A stretch of 64,000 nucleotides of DNA from Thermoplasmata archaeon (lineage in GTDB: Archaea; Thermoplasmatota; E2; DHVEG-1), in the NCBI GenBank assembly GCA_020054475.1, contig JAHWGJ010000002.1, positions 38,100 to 102,099 of the forward strand, given 5' to 3'. This document shows, in pieces, positions 1 to 14,865 of the stretch; position 1 is the first letter of the stretch; every line of letters starts with the position of its first letter. The notes under the pieces were generated by a model that saw only the letters and a program-made list of their open reading frames with translations, did not search any database and was not told where the DNA came from. A program made the translations under genes and the position numbers.

Positions 1-224
1 AAGTTAACATTACAGTAGATGCCAAAGTTGATAATATATTTGTATAATAATTAAACAATAAAAATTTCGAATCTAAGACTCTTGATTAATAACTTGAGAT
101 AAAGCTGTAATATTTATTGATAAACCATTTATTATTTCATCAGAAGTGTTTTGATTAGTCGTAATCAATAAAACATTCTAAAAAGAAAAACCCTTTGTTT
201 AATATAAAAATATAAAATTATCTT

Positions 225-899
225 TTATTTCCCCATAATAAGTCTTTTTGCAAGTTTTTCTGATAATTCACTTCTAGTTTCCTTTATCAAAGTATCTATT
301 TCATAATCTAGTCTAATTATATCTACATCATTATTTCTTTCATCATAAATCGCAAAACTAGTTTTATAATTTTTATCTCTTGGTTGCCCAACACTGCCTG
401 AATTGACAATTATTGTATTATGGATTTTTTTAATAAATGGTTTATGGGTTTGACCCATAATAATTATATCAGGAATTTTATCAAATAATTCATTTAAAAA
501 AAAATTGTCAACATCTTCATAGTAAACATAATCGTGAAAAGGGTTTGATGGTGAACCATGTGTCATATAAACAAGCTTTCCACTAATTTTTCCAGTATAT
601 GTTTTTTGTAATTTTTTTAAAAATTCTTTATTTTTATGTTTGATATTTCTCTTCGTCCATGCAATTGCTTGCTTTGCATAAATATTAAAATTTGTTGAAA
701 TTGAGTCATCAAAAATTGCTTTATCATGATTTCCAAGTACTGAAATAACATTATTTGCTTTTATCCATTCTATTGTTTCATTCGGTCTCGTATAATAACC
801 TACAATATCTCCCGCACATAAGATTTTATTAAATTTAATTTTTGATATATAATTAGCAATTACTTTCAATGCATAATAATTAGCATGAATATCTGACAT
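225..899 (-). CDS. metallophosphoesterase (calcineurin-like, YfcE/MJ0936 type)
   Basis: 224-aa ORF with the ordered metallophosphoesterase motifs SDIHAN, GDIVGY, GNHD, MTHG, GQTH, GSVGQPRD. Confidence 0.8.
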   Translation of the reverse strand: MSDIHANYYALKVIANYISKIKFNKILCAGDIVGYYTRPNETIEWIKANNVISVLGNHDKAIFDDSISTNFNIYAKQAIAWTKRNIKHKNKEFLKKLQKTYTGKISGKLVYMTHGSPSNPFHDYVYYEDVDNFFLNELFDKIPDIIIMGQTHKPFIKKIHNTIIVNSGSVGQPRDKNYKTSFAIYDERNNDVDIIRLDYEIDTLIKETRSELSEKLAKRLIMGK

Positions 900-1016
900 T
901 ATACATAAGCTATATATATGGGAATAATTATAACGGCTAGGCTATTTCAGTGTTAAATCATATAGAGTATGGTATATAAATTTAAATGAAGTAGAAGTTG
1001 AGTCCCGGTCTAGATT

Positions 1017-1090
1017 GGGCCTGTAGCTCAGCTAGGTAGAGCATCTGGCTTTTAACCAGGTGGCCAAGGGTTCGAATCCCTTCAGGCCCG
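1017..1090 (+). tRNA. tRNA-Lys (anticodon UUU)
   Basis: Hand-folded cloverleaf: acceptor GGGCCTG/CAGGCCC, D arm GCTC..GAGC, anticodon stem TCTGG/CCAGG with loop CTTTTAA, T arm AAGGG-TTCGAAT-CCCTT. No encoded CCA. Confidence 0.9.
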
Positions 1091-1127
1091 CTAAAAATAA
1101 TTGGAATACTAGGAGGAAAAATTAAAA

Positions 1128-1385
1128 ATGGTTATTAATAAGGTTTTATTTGATATCATGAACCATGATCTAGTGCCCTTCCATCAAATAATTTCTGAAA
1201 AAGAAAAAACAGATTTACTAAAAAAATATAAAATTGAATCTAACCAAATACCAAAAATTTTAGATACAGATCCAGTTTGTATTTCTATAGGGGCTAAACC
1301 GGGACAAATATTAAAAATTAAAAGAAAAAGTCATACTGCAGAAGAATCTTTTTCATATAGATTTGTTGTTGAAAGTAGTGTGTAA
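1128..1385 (+). CDS. rpoH: DNA-directed RNA polymerase subunit H (Rpb5-like)
   Basis: 85-aa ORF directly upstream of rpoB with AGGAGG 9 nt before the ATG. Sequence HDLVPFHQIISEKE..KYKI..NQIPKI..DPV..IGAKPGQILKIKR is typical of RpoH. Confidence 0.9.
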   Translation: MVINKVLFDIMNHDLVPFHQIISEKEKTDLLKKYKIESNQIPKILDTDPVCISIGAKPGQILKIKRKSHTAEESFSYRFVVESSV

Positions 1386-1398
1386 TAGGTGTAAATAA

Positions 1399-4300
1399 AT
1401 GAGAGAACTTGTTGATTCCTTTTATAAAGACCGAAGTATTGTTAACCATCAAATTGCATCATATAATGATTTTTTAGAACGAAGATTACAAAATATTGTG
1501 GATAGTACAATAATTGGTCAAGAAGATGAGATGGAAAGAGGGCATATCTATCCAGAAATTGAAGGGTATAAAATAAAATTTGGAAAAATAAAAATTAAAT
1601 CACCTCAAGTTAAAGAAGCCGATGGAACAACACGATCTTTAACTCCCATGGAAGCAAGACTTAGAGATTTAACTTATGAAGCCCCAATATCTCTTGAATT
1701 TATTCCAGTTAAAGATGAGGTTGAGTATGAGCCTGAAGAAGTAAAAATTGGTGAACTTCCAATAATGTTAAAATCAAAGGCGTGTAATTTAGCAAAATAT
1801 AATATTGAGAGGAAAAGAGAACGTGATTTAACATATGATGAATATGATAAGGAATTAATAAATTTACAAGAAGATCCTTTGGATCCTGGCGGATATTTTA
1901 TTAGCAATGGAACTGAGAGGGTTTTAATTACTGTTGAAGATTTGGCTCCTAATAGAGTTTTAGTTGAAACAACGAGAAGATATGGTAATGCTGTAGAGGT
2001 TGCAAAGGTCTTTTCTCAAAGAGAAGGTTATCGAGCTTTAACTGTTGTTGAAAAAAAGAAAGACGGCATGCTAATGGTTTCTTTGCCAACTACCTATGGT
2101 CAAATACCATTAATGATATTATTAAGAGCTTTAGGTATGGAAAATGACGAGGAAATCGTAGATGTAATTAGCGTGGATCCATTAATGGAACCTTTTGTCT
2201 TTGCTAATATTGAAGAATGTGCTAATGAATATGGAATTACTTCAATGGAGGAAGCAGTTGCTTATTTAGGTAAAAAATTTGCTGGCGGTCAAGCAAAAGA
2301 ATATAGAATTAAAAGAGTTGAAACATTATTAGATAGGAATTTACTACCTCATCTAGGTAATGAACCAACAGATCGAGTTACTAAAGCTATTTTTATGGCA
2401 AGAATGGGTATGGCAGTATTAGAATTAGCATTGTCTAAACGAGAGGAAGACGACAAAGATCATTATGCAAATAAGAGATTGAAACTTGCAGGAGATTTAA
2501 TGGAAGATCTATTCCGTGTCTCATTTACTGCACTATGTAAAGATTTAAAATATCAAATTGAAAGAGTCCATGCAAAAGGTAAAGAAATTAAGATTAGCTC
2601 ATCACTTAGATCAGATGTATTAAGTCAACGAATTCACCATGCTCTAGCAACTGGGAATTGGGTTGGTGGAAGAGCAGGAATATCTCAACTTCTTGATAGA
2701 ACTAGTAATCTTGCTGTTCTAAGTCATCTGAGAAGAGTAACTTCACCTCTTACAAGATCTCAACCTCATTTTGAAGCAAGAGATTTACACTCCACTCAAT
2801 GGGGTAGATTATGTCCAAATGAAACTCCTGAAGGGCCAAATTGTGGTTTAGTAAAAAATCTAGCATTAACCGTTGAAATATCCGAGGGATTCCAGGAAAA
2901 AGAAGTAGAAAATATGCTGAAAGATCTCAATGTAAAAGAAATTTCTAAGAAATCAATTGGAACGAGAGTATATCTAAATGGTGATTTAATAGGAATGCAC
3001 CATAATGGTAAAGAATTATTAGGTGAAATAAAAGATAGGAGAAGAAAAGGACTAATCAACAATGAAGTAAATGTTGCATTTTATGAAGATGAAAATGACC
3101 TTATTGTTAATTGTGATTGCGGAAGATTAAGAAGACCATTAGCAGTTGTTGAAAATGGTAAATTATTATTTTCAAAGAAATACCTGCAAAGTATACTTAA
3201 AGGAGACAAGAAATGGATTGATCTCGTTAATGAAGGTATAATTGAATATATAGATGCTGAAGAAGAAGAAAATTGCTTAATAGCACTTAAAGAAGATAAT
3301 ATTACAAAAGATCATTCGCATATGGAACTAGATTCAATGTGTATATTAGGTATTGGATCATCTCTTGTACCTTACCCTGAACATAATTCATCCCCTAGAA
3401 TTACCATGGGGGCTGGAATGGGTAAACAATCCCTTGGTTTTGGAGCATCAAATTATCGAATAAGACCAGATACCCGAGGACATTTACTTCATTATCCTCA
3501 AGCACCATTAGTTCAAACTCATCCCGCTAAATATTTGAAATTTCAAAGAAGACCTGCTGGACAAAATTTCATTGTTGGAGTAGCTTCATTTAAAGGATAC
3601 AATATGGAAGATGCACTAATAATCAATAAAGCTAGTATAGAACGAGGAATGGGTAGAAGTACTTTTTTTAGAACATACAGTAGCGAGGAAAAAAGATATC
3701 CCGGCGGTCAAGAAGATCATTTTGAAATTCCAGATCCAGAATGTAGAGGTGTAAGAAGTGAAGATTCCTATATAAACCTTGGAGAAGATGGTTTAATATC
3801 TCCCGAATGTGATGCAAAAAGTGGAGAAGTATTAGTTGGAAAAACATCGCCTCCAAGATTCCTTGAAGAGCCGACCGATTTTTTAACTCCTCAAAAAAGA
3901 CGTGAGACATCAGTAACAGTACAACATGGAGAAGGTGGAACAGTCGATAAAGTAATGTTATCAGAATCAGTAAATGGTTCAAGAATGGTAAAAATTAAAG
4001 TTAGGGAACAACGAATCCCTGAATATGGTGATAAGTTCGCCTCTAAACATGGACAAAAAGGAGTAATAGGATTTATAGTACCTCAAGAAAATATGCCATT
4101 TAATGAAAACGGTATGACGCCTGATTTAATTATAAACCCACATGCAATTCCTAGTAGAATGACTGTTGGTCATGTACTTGAAATGATAGGAGGAAAAGTA
4201 GGAGCATTGGATGGTAGATTTGTAGATGGTACAGCTTTTACTGGTGAGATCGAGGATGCCTTACGTGAATCATTAGTTAAAAATGGTTTCAAACATAACG

Positions 4301-4761
4301 GTAAAGAATTATTATTCAATGGAGAAACAGGTAAACCTCTTGAAGTTGATATTTTCATAGGATGCATTTACTATCAGAAGTTACATCATATGGTTGCTGG
4401 AAAAATCCATGCAAGATCCCGAGGACCTGTTCAAATTTTAACAAGACAACCAACAGAAGGAAGAGCAAGAGAAGGTGGTTTAAGATTTGGAGAGATGGAA
4501 AGAGACTGTCTGATTGGACATGGTGCATCAATGGTTATCAAAGATCGGTTATTAGATGAATCAGATCTTACAATAAAATATGTATGTAACAACTGTGGTC
4601 ATGTAGCAATTCGAGATAGACATGGAAACATGCGTTGTTCAATTTGTGGTGATAAAGCAATGATATATCCAATTGAAATGAGTTATGCATTCAAACTTTT
4701 AATGGATGAATTAAAATCAATGGGAATAGCTCCAAGATTAAAATTAGATTCATTAGTATAA
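1399..4761 (+). CDS. rpoB: DNA-directed RNA polymerase subunit B, unsplit (B''+B' in one 1120-aa chain)
   Basis: Full-length Rpb2-like sequence with signature blocks [21 protein letters not shown] and a C-terminal Zn ribbon CNNCG..CSICG. Confidence 0.97.
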   Translation: MRELVDSFYKDRSIVNHQIASYNDFLERRLQNIVDSTIIGQEDEMERGHIYPEIEGYKIKFGKIKIKSPQVKEADGTTRSLTPMEARLRDLTYEAPISLEFIPVKDEVEYEPEEVKIGELPIMLKSKACNLAKYNIERKRERDLTYDEYDKELINLQEDPLDPGGYFISNGTERVLITVEDLAPNRVLVETTRRYGNAVEVAKVFSQREGYRALTVVEKKKDGMLMVSLPTTYGQIPLMILLRALGMENDEEIVDVISVDPLMEPFVFANIEECANEYGITSMEEAVAYLGKKFAGGQAKEYRIKRVETLLDRNLLPHLGNEPTDRVTKAIFMARMGMAVLELALSKREEDDKDHYANKRLKLAGDLMEDLFRVSFTALCKDLKYQIERVHAKGKEIKISSSLRSDVLSQRIHHALATGNWVGGRAGISQLLDRTSNLAVLSHLRRVTSPLTRSQPHFEARDLHSTQWGRLCPNETPEGPNCGLVKNLALTVEISEGFQEKEVENMLKDLNVKEISKKSIGTRVYLNGDLIGMHHNGKELLGEIKDRRRKGLINNEVNVAFYEDENDLIVNCDCGRLRRPLAVVENGKLLFSKKYLQSILKGDKKWIDLVNEGIIEYIDAEEEENCLIALKEDNITKDHSHMELDSMCILGIGSSLVPYPEHNSSPRITMGAGMGKQSLGFGASNYRIRPDTRGHLLHYPQAPLVQTHPAKYLKFQRRPAGQNFIVGVASFKGYNMEDALIINKASIERGMGRSTFFRTYSSEEKRYPGGQEDHFEIPDPECRGVRSEDSYINLGEDGLISPECDAKSGEVLVGKTSPPRFLEEPTDFLTPQKRRETSVTVQHGEGGTVDKVMLSESVNGSRMVKIKVREQRIPEYGDKFASKHGQKGVIGFIVPQENMPFNENGMTPDLIINPHAIPSRMTVGHVLEMIGGKVGALDGRFVDGTAFTGEIEDALRESLVKNGFKHNGKELLFNGETGKPLEVDIFIGCIYYQKLHHMVAGKIHARSRGPVQILTRQPTEGRAREGGLRFGEMERDCLIGHGASMVIKDRLLDESDLTIKYVCNNCGHVAIRDRHGNMRCSICGDKAMIYPIEMSYAFKLLMDELKSMGIAPRLKLDSLV

Positions 4762-4788
4762 TAAAATGGTTAAATAAAAGGTTTAATT

Positions 4789-8839
<4,051 letters not shown>

Positions 8840-8840
8840 A

Positions 8841-9137
8841 ATGGTTGATATAGGGAAAACATTAAAAACAACTGTAAAAAAAGGAAAAATAAAAATTGGT
8901 TCTAAAGAAACTCAAGCTAGTATTAAAAAAGGAGAAGTAAAGCTAGTTATAATTGCTAATAATTGTCCGCATTCATTAGTAATAAAAAATATCTCCAAAA
9001 AACAAAAGATACCTATTTATGATTTTAATTCAAATTCAATAGATCTCGGATATGCGTTAGGAAAAGCATATGGAGTATCTGTTTTTGCTGTTTTAGATGA
9101 TGGTGGATCAAATATAATGCAATTAATAAAAGGGTAA
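8841..9137 (+). CDS. rpl30e: 50S ribosomal protein L30e
   Basis: 98 aa with KLVIIANNCP..IP.Y.F..NS.DLG.A.GK... in the canonical position after rpoA2. Confidence 0.9.
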   Translation: MVDIGKTLKTTVKKGKIKIGSKETQASIKKGEVKLVIIANNCPHSLVIKNISKKQKIPIYDFNSNSIDLGYALGKAYGVSVFAVLDDGGSNIMQLIKG

Positions 9138-9143
9138 TTTTTC

Positions 9144-9569
9144 ATGACAGATATACTTCTTTCAAATGAGTCCATGCAGTATATAAATATGGCAGCAAAT
9201 ATTTTAAAAATTGATATACTTGATTGCATAGTATCAGAGGGTCGATTGATTTTTATTGTTAAAAAAGGTCATCTTGGAATAGCAATAGGTATCAAAGGAA
9301 AAAACCTTGAAAAATTACGAAATCTTTTTAAAAAAAATATTAAATTCGTTGAATTAGATAATAATAAAGAAAAATTTATTCAAAATCTTTGCAGACCTTA
9401 TAAAGTAAATAATATTTCAATTGAAGGATCAGGAGATTCAACAGTAGTGAAAATCCAGGCAAACACAAGCGATAAATCAAAACTTATCGGCAAAGGCGGA
9501 AGTAATATTGACATTATTAGAAAACTTGCACACAGACATCATTCAATAAAGGATGTTCAAATAAAATAA
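9144..9569 (+). CDS. nusA: archaeal NusA-like transcription termination factor (two KH domains)
   Basis: 141 aa with GxxG KH signatures (IGIKGKN, IGKGGSN) in the canonical position after rpl30e. Confidence 0.85.
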   Translation: MTDILLSNESMQYINMAANILKIDILDCIVSEGRLIFIVKKGHLGIAIGIKGKNLEKLRNLFKKNIKFVELDNNKEKFIQNLCRPYKVNNISIEGSGDSTVVKIQANTSDKSKLIGKGGSNIDIIRKLAHRHHSIKDVQIK

Positions 9570-9679
9570 TAAACAAAATTTACTAAGTTTTTTTTACATA
9601 ATATTTTATAAACATATTCCATATTCACGAATGGGGATTACTTCTGAAGAAGGATATCAATAATACTGAAAAATTCAAT

Positions 9680-12600
9680 TTGAGAAAACTAATTACAAAT
9701 GAGGAAACCACTCTTATTGTTGATGATAAAAAATACTCGATTAAAATCAAAGATGACCCTGAATGTTCAAAAGCATGTCCTGCAGGTGTTAATGTAAAGG
9801 CTTATATTAATCTTATAGCAAATAAAAGATATGAAGATGCAGTTGATGTAATTCGGGAGGATAATCCATTTCCAGCTATTTGTGGTAGAGTCTGCAATAG
9901 ACCTTGTGAAGATAATTGTGAACAAGGATTAAAAGGAGATTCCGTTCAGATTCGTGCTCTTAAAAGATTTACATGTGATTATGAACTTGCAAGAAGACCT
10001 ATTAATACGGAACCATGTAAAATAATTCATAAAGAAAAAATAGCAATAATTGGTGCAGGACCTGCTGGTCTTTCAGCAGCTGTAGATCTTATAAAAATGG
10101 GATATTTTGTAAATGTTTTTGAAGCTGAGAAAGAACCTGGTGGCATGCTCCGATATGCCATACCCTCTTATCGACTACCTAAGAGAATACTGAAGAGAGA
10201 GATAGATTGGATTAAAGATTTAGGAGTAAACATTAATACAGAAAAAAAAATAAATAATCCAGATCATCTTTTAAAAAAAGGATATTCAGCTGTTTTAATA
10301 GCTCAAGGGTCATCTTATTCCATACCAATGGGAATAGAAGGAGAAAAAACTGAGGGAGTTATTAATCCATTATTATTTTTAAAAAAAATTAATACAAAAA
10401 AATCAATAAAAGTTGATGGTGATATAGTTGTCATTGGTGGCGGTTCAACTGCTTTTGATGTTGCAAGATCTGCTGTAAGATTAGGTGCAAAAAAAGTTAC
10501 AATTGCATATAGACGTGGAATGGAAGAGATACCCGCTGAATCTGAGGAAATTGAAGATGCGGAAAAAGAGGGCATTGAAATAAAAACCTTATTGATTCCA
10601 AAAAGAATTATTGAAAAAAATGGAAAGGTAAATAGTATAGAATTTCTCAAAGCCAAACTAGGAAAACCTGATGAATCTGGAAGAAGAAGACCTATTCCTA
10701 TTATAAATAGTGAATTAGTGATAAAAGCGGATATAATATTTCCTGCAGTTGGATCTAAACCAAATATCGAATCATTCAAACATTTAAACATTACTAATAA
10801 GAAAAATAGAATTGAGGTAAAAGAAGGAAACCTAACTAGATTTAGAGGAATATTTGCAGCAGGTGATGTTGAAAAAGGTCCTTCTTATGTAGTAGAGGCG
10901 ATTAAAGAGGGGCATATAGCTGCAAAAGGGATAGATTCATATTTAAAAGGGAAGAATAAATCTACTGAAAATAGTATTTTCAATTCCATTCCAATAGTAG
11001 AGGAATCCAAAAAATATAATAAATCAATTCATCATCCAAAAAGAGTAAAATTCAATACGGAAAATAAAACGTTTGATGAGGTTGAAAAATCCTTTATTGA
11101 TTTTGAAGCTGTTGAGGAAGCATCAAGATGTTTTAATTGTGGATCTTGTAATCTATGCACTATCTGTCTTCCAAATTGTGATAATAAACAGCTTATAGCA
11201 AAAATTGATGATAAAAGATTTTTATTAAAAGTTCCATATAAATTATCTTATGTAATATATAATAAAGATGATTCAATATATAATATAAATTTATCTAAAG
11301 ACCTATTAAAGCCTATAAACCTTAGGACTCTGATTGCATCTGTAAATTCCGATTTATGTATAAGTTGTGGGAGATGTGAAGAAGTTTGTGCATATCGGGC
11401 TATTAGAAATATTTTTATAAAAAATAAGCCAATGACAGCTGAGGTGGATCATGATTCCTGCGCCTCTTGCAGTGCATGTGCTTCTGCTTGCCCTACTGGA
11501 GCTATTTCTCAGGGTTATATGTCTGATGATGAAATATTATTAAGATTATATGAGACAAAAACTTTATATCCTGGTGTAAAAGCTCTCATGAGTTATTGGA
11601 GTACTCCCACAAATTCCTTTGAAGATTATAATGGTGTTGTTGAAATAATGTCTGCAAGAAAACCCTCCCCCTCATTTTTAATTAGAGCTCTTGCAAGATC
11701 TGGTAGAGGTCTACTTGTTATTGGACCTGATAAAAAATCTGGATTACATTATCTGTCCTGGGAGGAGCATCCATCAGATATTGTTGAAAAAACCAGAAGA
11801 TTGTTAAAAATTTTTGGTATCTCTCAAGATAGAATTCAATATAAAGCTGCACCTGATAATACGGATCCACATCAATTGTTAAAAGATTTTTCAAAAGATC
11901 TTGGTGATAAAAAACTCAATACTTTTAAGGTTATTCATCCAAAAATAAAAATGAATCCTATTAATGAGTCAATAATGATTCTTAGATTTTTATCTGCAAA
12001 TCCTGATATTGAACCTTATGATGATATAATAAATCTATCTCCAGTCAAAAAAAAAGGTATTGCATTTTTTGAAGGATGCTTGCCTTTAATTAATAATATT
12101 GGATTAATCCATAAATTATTTGACATAAGTTCAACTAGAATTTCCATTCATAAACTCTTAAAAAAAGCTGGTATTGTTTATGGATTAATACCTGGTTTTT
12201 TATGTCCATCAAATTCATTATTAGAATCAGACATTGATAAAACGGGAGATATTGTTAAAAAAATAGCTGAGAAAAACCTTCAATTATATAAAATAATAGA
12301 TCCAGATAAATTAATTTTAGGTACACCTGAATCCTTTAACACATTTTCAAAATTAAAAGAGTATAAAAATATTGAGTCTCTCCCAAATATTTTATATAAT
12401 AAATTTAAGAATTCTAAAGGATTTTATCCTATAAAAAAGTCTGTAGCAATTCATTCATCATGTCGTTTGAAAAAAGATCCATTTATTGATTCTACTAAAA
12501 AACTTATTAAGTTAATTCCAGGTATTTCTATTGTTGAATTAGAAGATAAATGTTGTAATAATGGATTTACTAATTTAAATGTAGAATCAAAAGAATCAGT

Positions 12601-12781
12601 TTTAAAAATTTTATGTGAAGCTAATGAAAAGGATGTAGATTCGATAATTTGTACGAGTCCTAATTGTGAATCTCATTTTCTATTGTGTCAGAGGAAAGGT
12701 TCGTGGCTTACAACTGATATTGAAATAACAGATGTTTATTCGATTCTAATGAAATCCTTAAATGATGGTGATAAAATATGA
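9680..12781 (+). CDS. multidomain flavin/Fe-S oxidoreductase: GltD/NfnB-like NAD(P)H-FAD module + 2x[4Fe-4S] ferredoxin + MvhD-like domain + HdrB-like CCG domains
   Basis: 1033 aa.
- N-terminus: CPAGVNV..CGRVCNRPCE, then GAGPAGLSAA, VVIGGGSTAFDVA and AAGDV, as in GltD small-subunit relatives.
- Ferredoxin motifs: CFNCGSCNLCTICLPNC, CISCGRCEEVC and CASCSACASACP.
- MvhD-like stretch: VEIMSARKPSPSFLIRALARSGRGLLVIGP.
- C-terminus: C-x29-CC-x31-C-x4-C (SSC..KCCNNG..CTSPNC), a CCG-like pattern.
Apparent TTG start. The stop overlaps the next ATG (ATGA). Confidence 0.75.
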   Translation: MRKLITNEETTLIVDDKKYSIKIKDDPECSKACPAGVNVKAYINLIANKRYEDAVDVIREDNPFPAICGRVCNRPCEDNCEQGLKGDSVQIRALKRFTCDYELARRPINTEPCKIIHKEKIAIIGAGPAGLSAAVDLIKMGYFVNVFEAEKEPGGMLRYAIPSYRLPKRILKREIDWIKDLGVNINTEKKINNPDHLLKKGYSAVLIAQGSSYSIPMGIEGEKTEGVINPLLFLKKINTKKSIKVDGDIVVIGGGSTAFDVARSAVRLGAKKVTIAYRRGMEEIPAESEEIEDAEKEGIEIKTLLIPKRIIEKNGKVNSIEFLKAKLGKPDESGRRRPIPIINSELVIKADIIFPAVGSKPNIESFKHLNITNKKNRIEVKEGNLTRFRGIFAAGDVEKGPSYVVEAIKEGHIAAKGIDSYLKGKNKSTENSIFNSIPIVEESKKYNKSIHHPKRVKFNTENKTFDEVEKSFIDFEAVEEASRCFNCGSCNLCTICLPNCDNKQLIAKIDDKRFLLKVPYKLSYVIYNKDDSIYNINLSKDLLKPINLRTLIASVNSDLCISCGRCEEVCAYRAIRNIFIKNKPMTAEVDHDSCASCSACASACPTGAISQGYMSDDEILLRLYETKTLYPGVKALMSYWSTPTNSFEDYNGVVEIMSARKPSPSFLIRALARSGRGLLVIGPDKKSGLHYLSWEEHPSDIVEKTRRLLKIFGISQDRIQYKAAPDNTDPHQLLKDFSKDLGDKKLNTFKVIHPKIKMNPINESIMILRFLSANPDIEPYDDIINLSPVKKKGIAFFEGCLPLINNIGLIHKLFDISSTRISIHKLLKKAGIVYGLIPGFLCPSNSLLESDIDKTGDIVKKIAEKNLQLYKIIDPDKLILGTPESFNTFSKLKEYKNIESLPNILYNKFKNSKGFYPIKKSVAIHSSCRLKKDPFIDSTKKLIKLIPGISIVELEDKCCNNGFTNLNVESKESVLKILCEANEKDVDSIICTSPNCESHFLLCQRKGSWLTTDIEITDVYSILMKSLNDGDKI

Positions 12782-14865
12782 TGGATAATAGGATTAATAA
12801 TCATCCTGTATTATCAGTTGATGAAAAATCTGATTTTATTACTTTTAATTTTAATGGTAAAAAAATTACTGCTAAATCAGGGGAGATGATTTCTTCAGCT
12901 CTTTTCGCTAATGGAATACATGTCTTTGGTCATCATCATAAAGATAATTCTCCTCAGGGAATATATTGTGCCAATGGGCAATGTTCCCAATGTTTAGTAC
13001 TTGCAAATGGCATTCCAGTTAAATCATGTATTGTACCTGTTGAAAAAAATATGGATGTAAGATCTTTAGAGGGGTTACCTGAACTTCTTAAAGATGATGA
13101 AATAGTAAAAAAAGGAATGAAGACACCTGTCATCAATACAAGGGTGTTAATAATTGGTGGTGGTCCAGCTGGATTATCCGCAGCTATAGAACTTGGTCTT
13201 ATGGATGTCAAATGCATTATATGCGATGATAAACAGGATCTAGGGGGTAAACTCAGTCTTCAAACCCATAACTTTTTTGGATCAATTAGAGATTGCTTTG
13301 CAGGATCTAGAGGGATGGATATAGGATATAATCTCACATCTAAAGTAAAAAAGGATGAAAACTTGGAGATTTGGACGGACTCACCGGTCGTAGGTGTTTT
13401 TGTTGATGGATTAATTGGAGTAGTAAAAAATGGTAGATATGTTCTTGTTAAACCTGATATAATTCTAATAACAACAGGTGCTAGGGAGAAAACCTTAGCT
13501 TTCCCCGGTTGTGATCTACCTGGTGTTTATGGAGCTGGTGCTTTTCAGACACTGGTTAATAGAGATTTAATCAAGCCTACTGAAAAATTATTTATTATTG
13601 GAGGTGGAAATGTTGGTATTATTGCTGCATATCATGCTCTTCAAGCAGGTATTGATGTAATTGGATTAGTTGAAGCACTTCCTAATTGTGGTGGTTACAA
13701 GGTTCATCTGGATAAAATTAAGCGTATGGGAATTCCAATTTATACTTCTCATACTGTTTTGAAGGCTATTGGAAAAAATCATCTAGAAAAGGTTGTAATC
13801 ACTAGGATTGATGATAAGTTTAAACCAATAAAGGGTACTGAAAAAAATTTTGAAGCAGATACCTTGCTTATCGCTGTTGGTCTTTCGCCTGTTGATGAAT
13901 TGAAGAAACAAGCTGAAGTATTTGGTTTAAAAACGTATGCTGCCGGTGATGCTGATATAATAGCTGAAGCATCTGCTGCAATGTTTTCTGGAAAAATAAT
14001 TGCAAGAAAAATACTTATCGATATGGGATTTAATGTTGAAATTCCACCAGAATGGAATCAAATGGTTGAAATACTGCGCAGTCGCCCAGGTCCAACCAAA
14101 AAAACCAATCATAGTATACCTAAAGATAAAGAGATTTACACTGTTATGCATTGTTATCAAGAGATCCCATGTAATCCCTGCACTGAAACTTGTGTATTAC
14201 AGAGTATTAAAATTAAAGATAAATCTATAATGGGCACTCCTAATTTTGAAGGTAAATGTCTTGGTTGTGGAAGATGTGTATCTCTTTGCCCAGGTCTTGC
14301 AATAACACTAGTTGATAAAAAATATGATTATTCAAAGAAAACTGCTAGAATTATGATTCCTTGGGAAATGCCTAAGAACTCTATTAAGGTAAATCAAATA
14401 TTATCAACAACAGATATTGAAGGAAATATCATCGGAGAGGGAAAAGTAATTGCAATCAAAACATCTGAATGGCAGAATAAGAGACAGCTTGTATCAATTG
14501 AAATTCCATACAAAGATACAGATAAGGTTGTTAATATTAGAATTAAAAAAGCGGTTATTGAAAATATTCCTAAATCTTGTGAAATATTAGATGATAAAAA
14601 TATAATAATATGTCGCTGTGAAAGAGTTACAAAAAAAGAGATTGTTGATTATATAAAAAATACAGGTACAAAGGATTTTAATGCTGTTAAAGCTGCATTG
14701 CGTGTTGGGATGGGTGCATGTGGAGGAAAGACTTGTACTGAACTTGTAATGCGAATTTTTAGAGAACTAGGAGTAGATCTAAAAGACGTTGAAGTAAATG
14801 TTGAAAGACCTTTTACTCAGGAGATACCGATTAAATCTTTTTTAAATGATGGTGATAACAAGTGA
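12778..14865 (+). CDS. [2Fe-2S]/FAD/NAD(P)/ferredoxin/BFD-domain oxidoreductase, alpha-type subunit of the opine oxidase / HcnAB / archaeal L-proline dehydrogenase family
   Basis: 695 aa. N-terminal CANGQCSQC..SC 2Fe-2S fold, two Rossmann motifs (IIGGGPAGLSAA, IIGGGNVGIIAA), CLGCGRCVSLCP ferredoxin, and a C-terminal BFD-like CRCERVTK..CGGKTC. Confidence 0.8.
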   Translation: MMDNRINNHPVLSVDEKSDFITFNFNGKKITAKSGEMISSALFANGIHVFGHHHKDNSPQGIYCANGQCSQCLVLANGIPVKSCIVPVEKNMDVRSLEGLPELLKDDEIVKKGMKTPVINTRVLIIGGGPAGLSAAIELGLMDVKCIICDDKQDLGGKLSLQTHNFFGSIRDCFAGSRGMDIGYNLTSKVKKDENLEIWTDSPVVGVFVDGLIGVVKNGRYVLVKPDIILITTGAREKTLAFPGCDLPGVYGAGAFQTLVNRDLIKPTEKLFIIGGGNVGIIAAYHALQAGIDVIGLVEALPNCGGYKVHLDKIKRMGIPIYTSHTVLKAIGKNHLEKVVITRIDDKFKPIKGTEKNFEADTLLIAVGLSPVDELKKQAEVFGLKTYAAGDADIIAEASAAMFSGKIIARKILIDMGFNVEIPPEWNQMVEILRSRPGPTKKTNHSIPKDKEIYTVMHCYQEIPCNPCTETCVLQSIKIKDKSIMGTPNFEGKCLGCGRCVSLCPGLAITLVDKKYDYSKKTARIMIPWEMPKNSIKVNQILSTTDIEGNIIGEGKVIAIKTSEWQNKRQLVSIEIPYKDTDKVVNIRIKKAVIENIPKSCEILDDKNIIICRCERVTKKEIVDYIKNTGTKDFNAVKAALRVGMGACGGKTCTELVMRIFRELGVDLKDVEVNVERPFTQEIPIKSFLNDGDNK

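Noticed and set aside
9570-9679. C/D-box sRNA in the nusA-downstream spacer (CTGA motifs present)
   Set aside because: No RUGAUGA C box and no terminal stem could be found.
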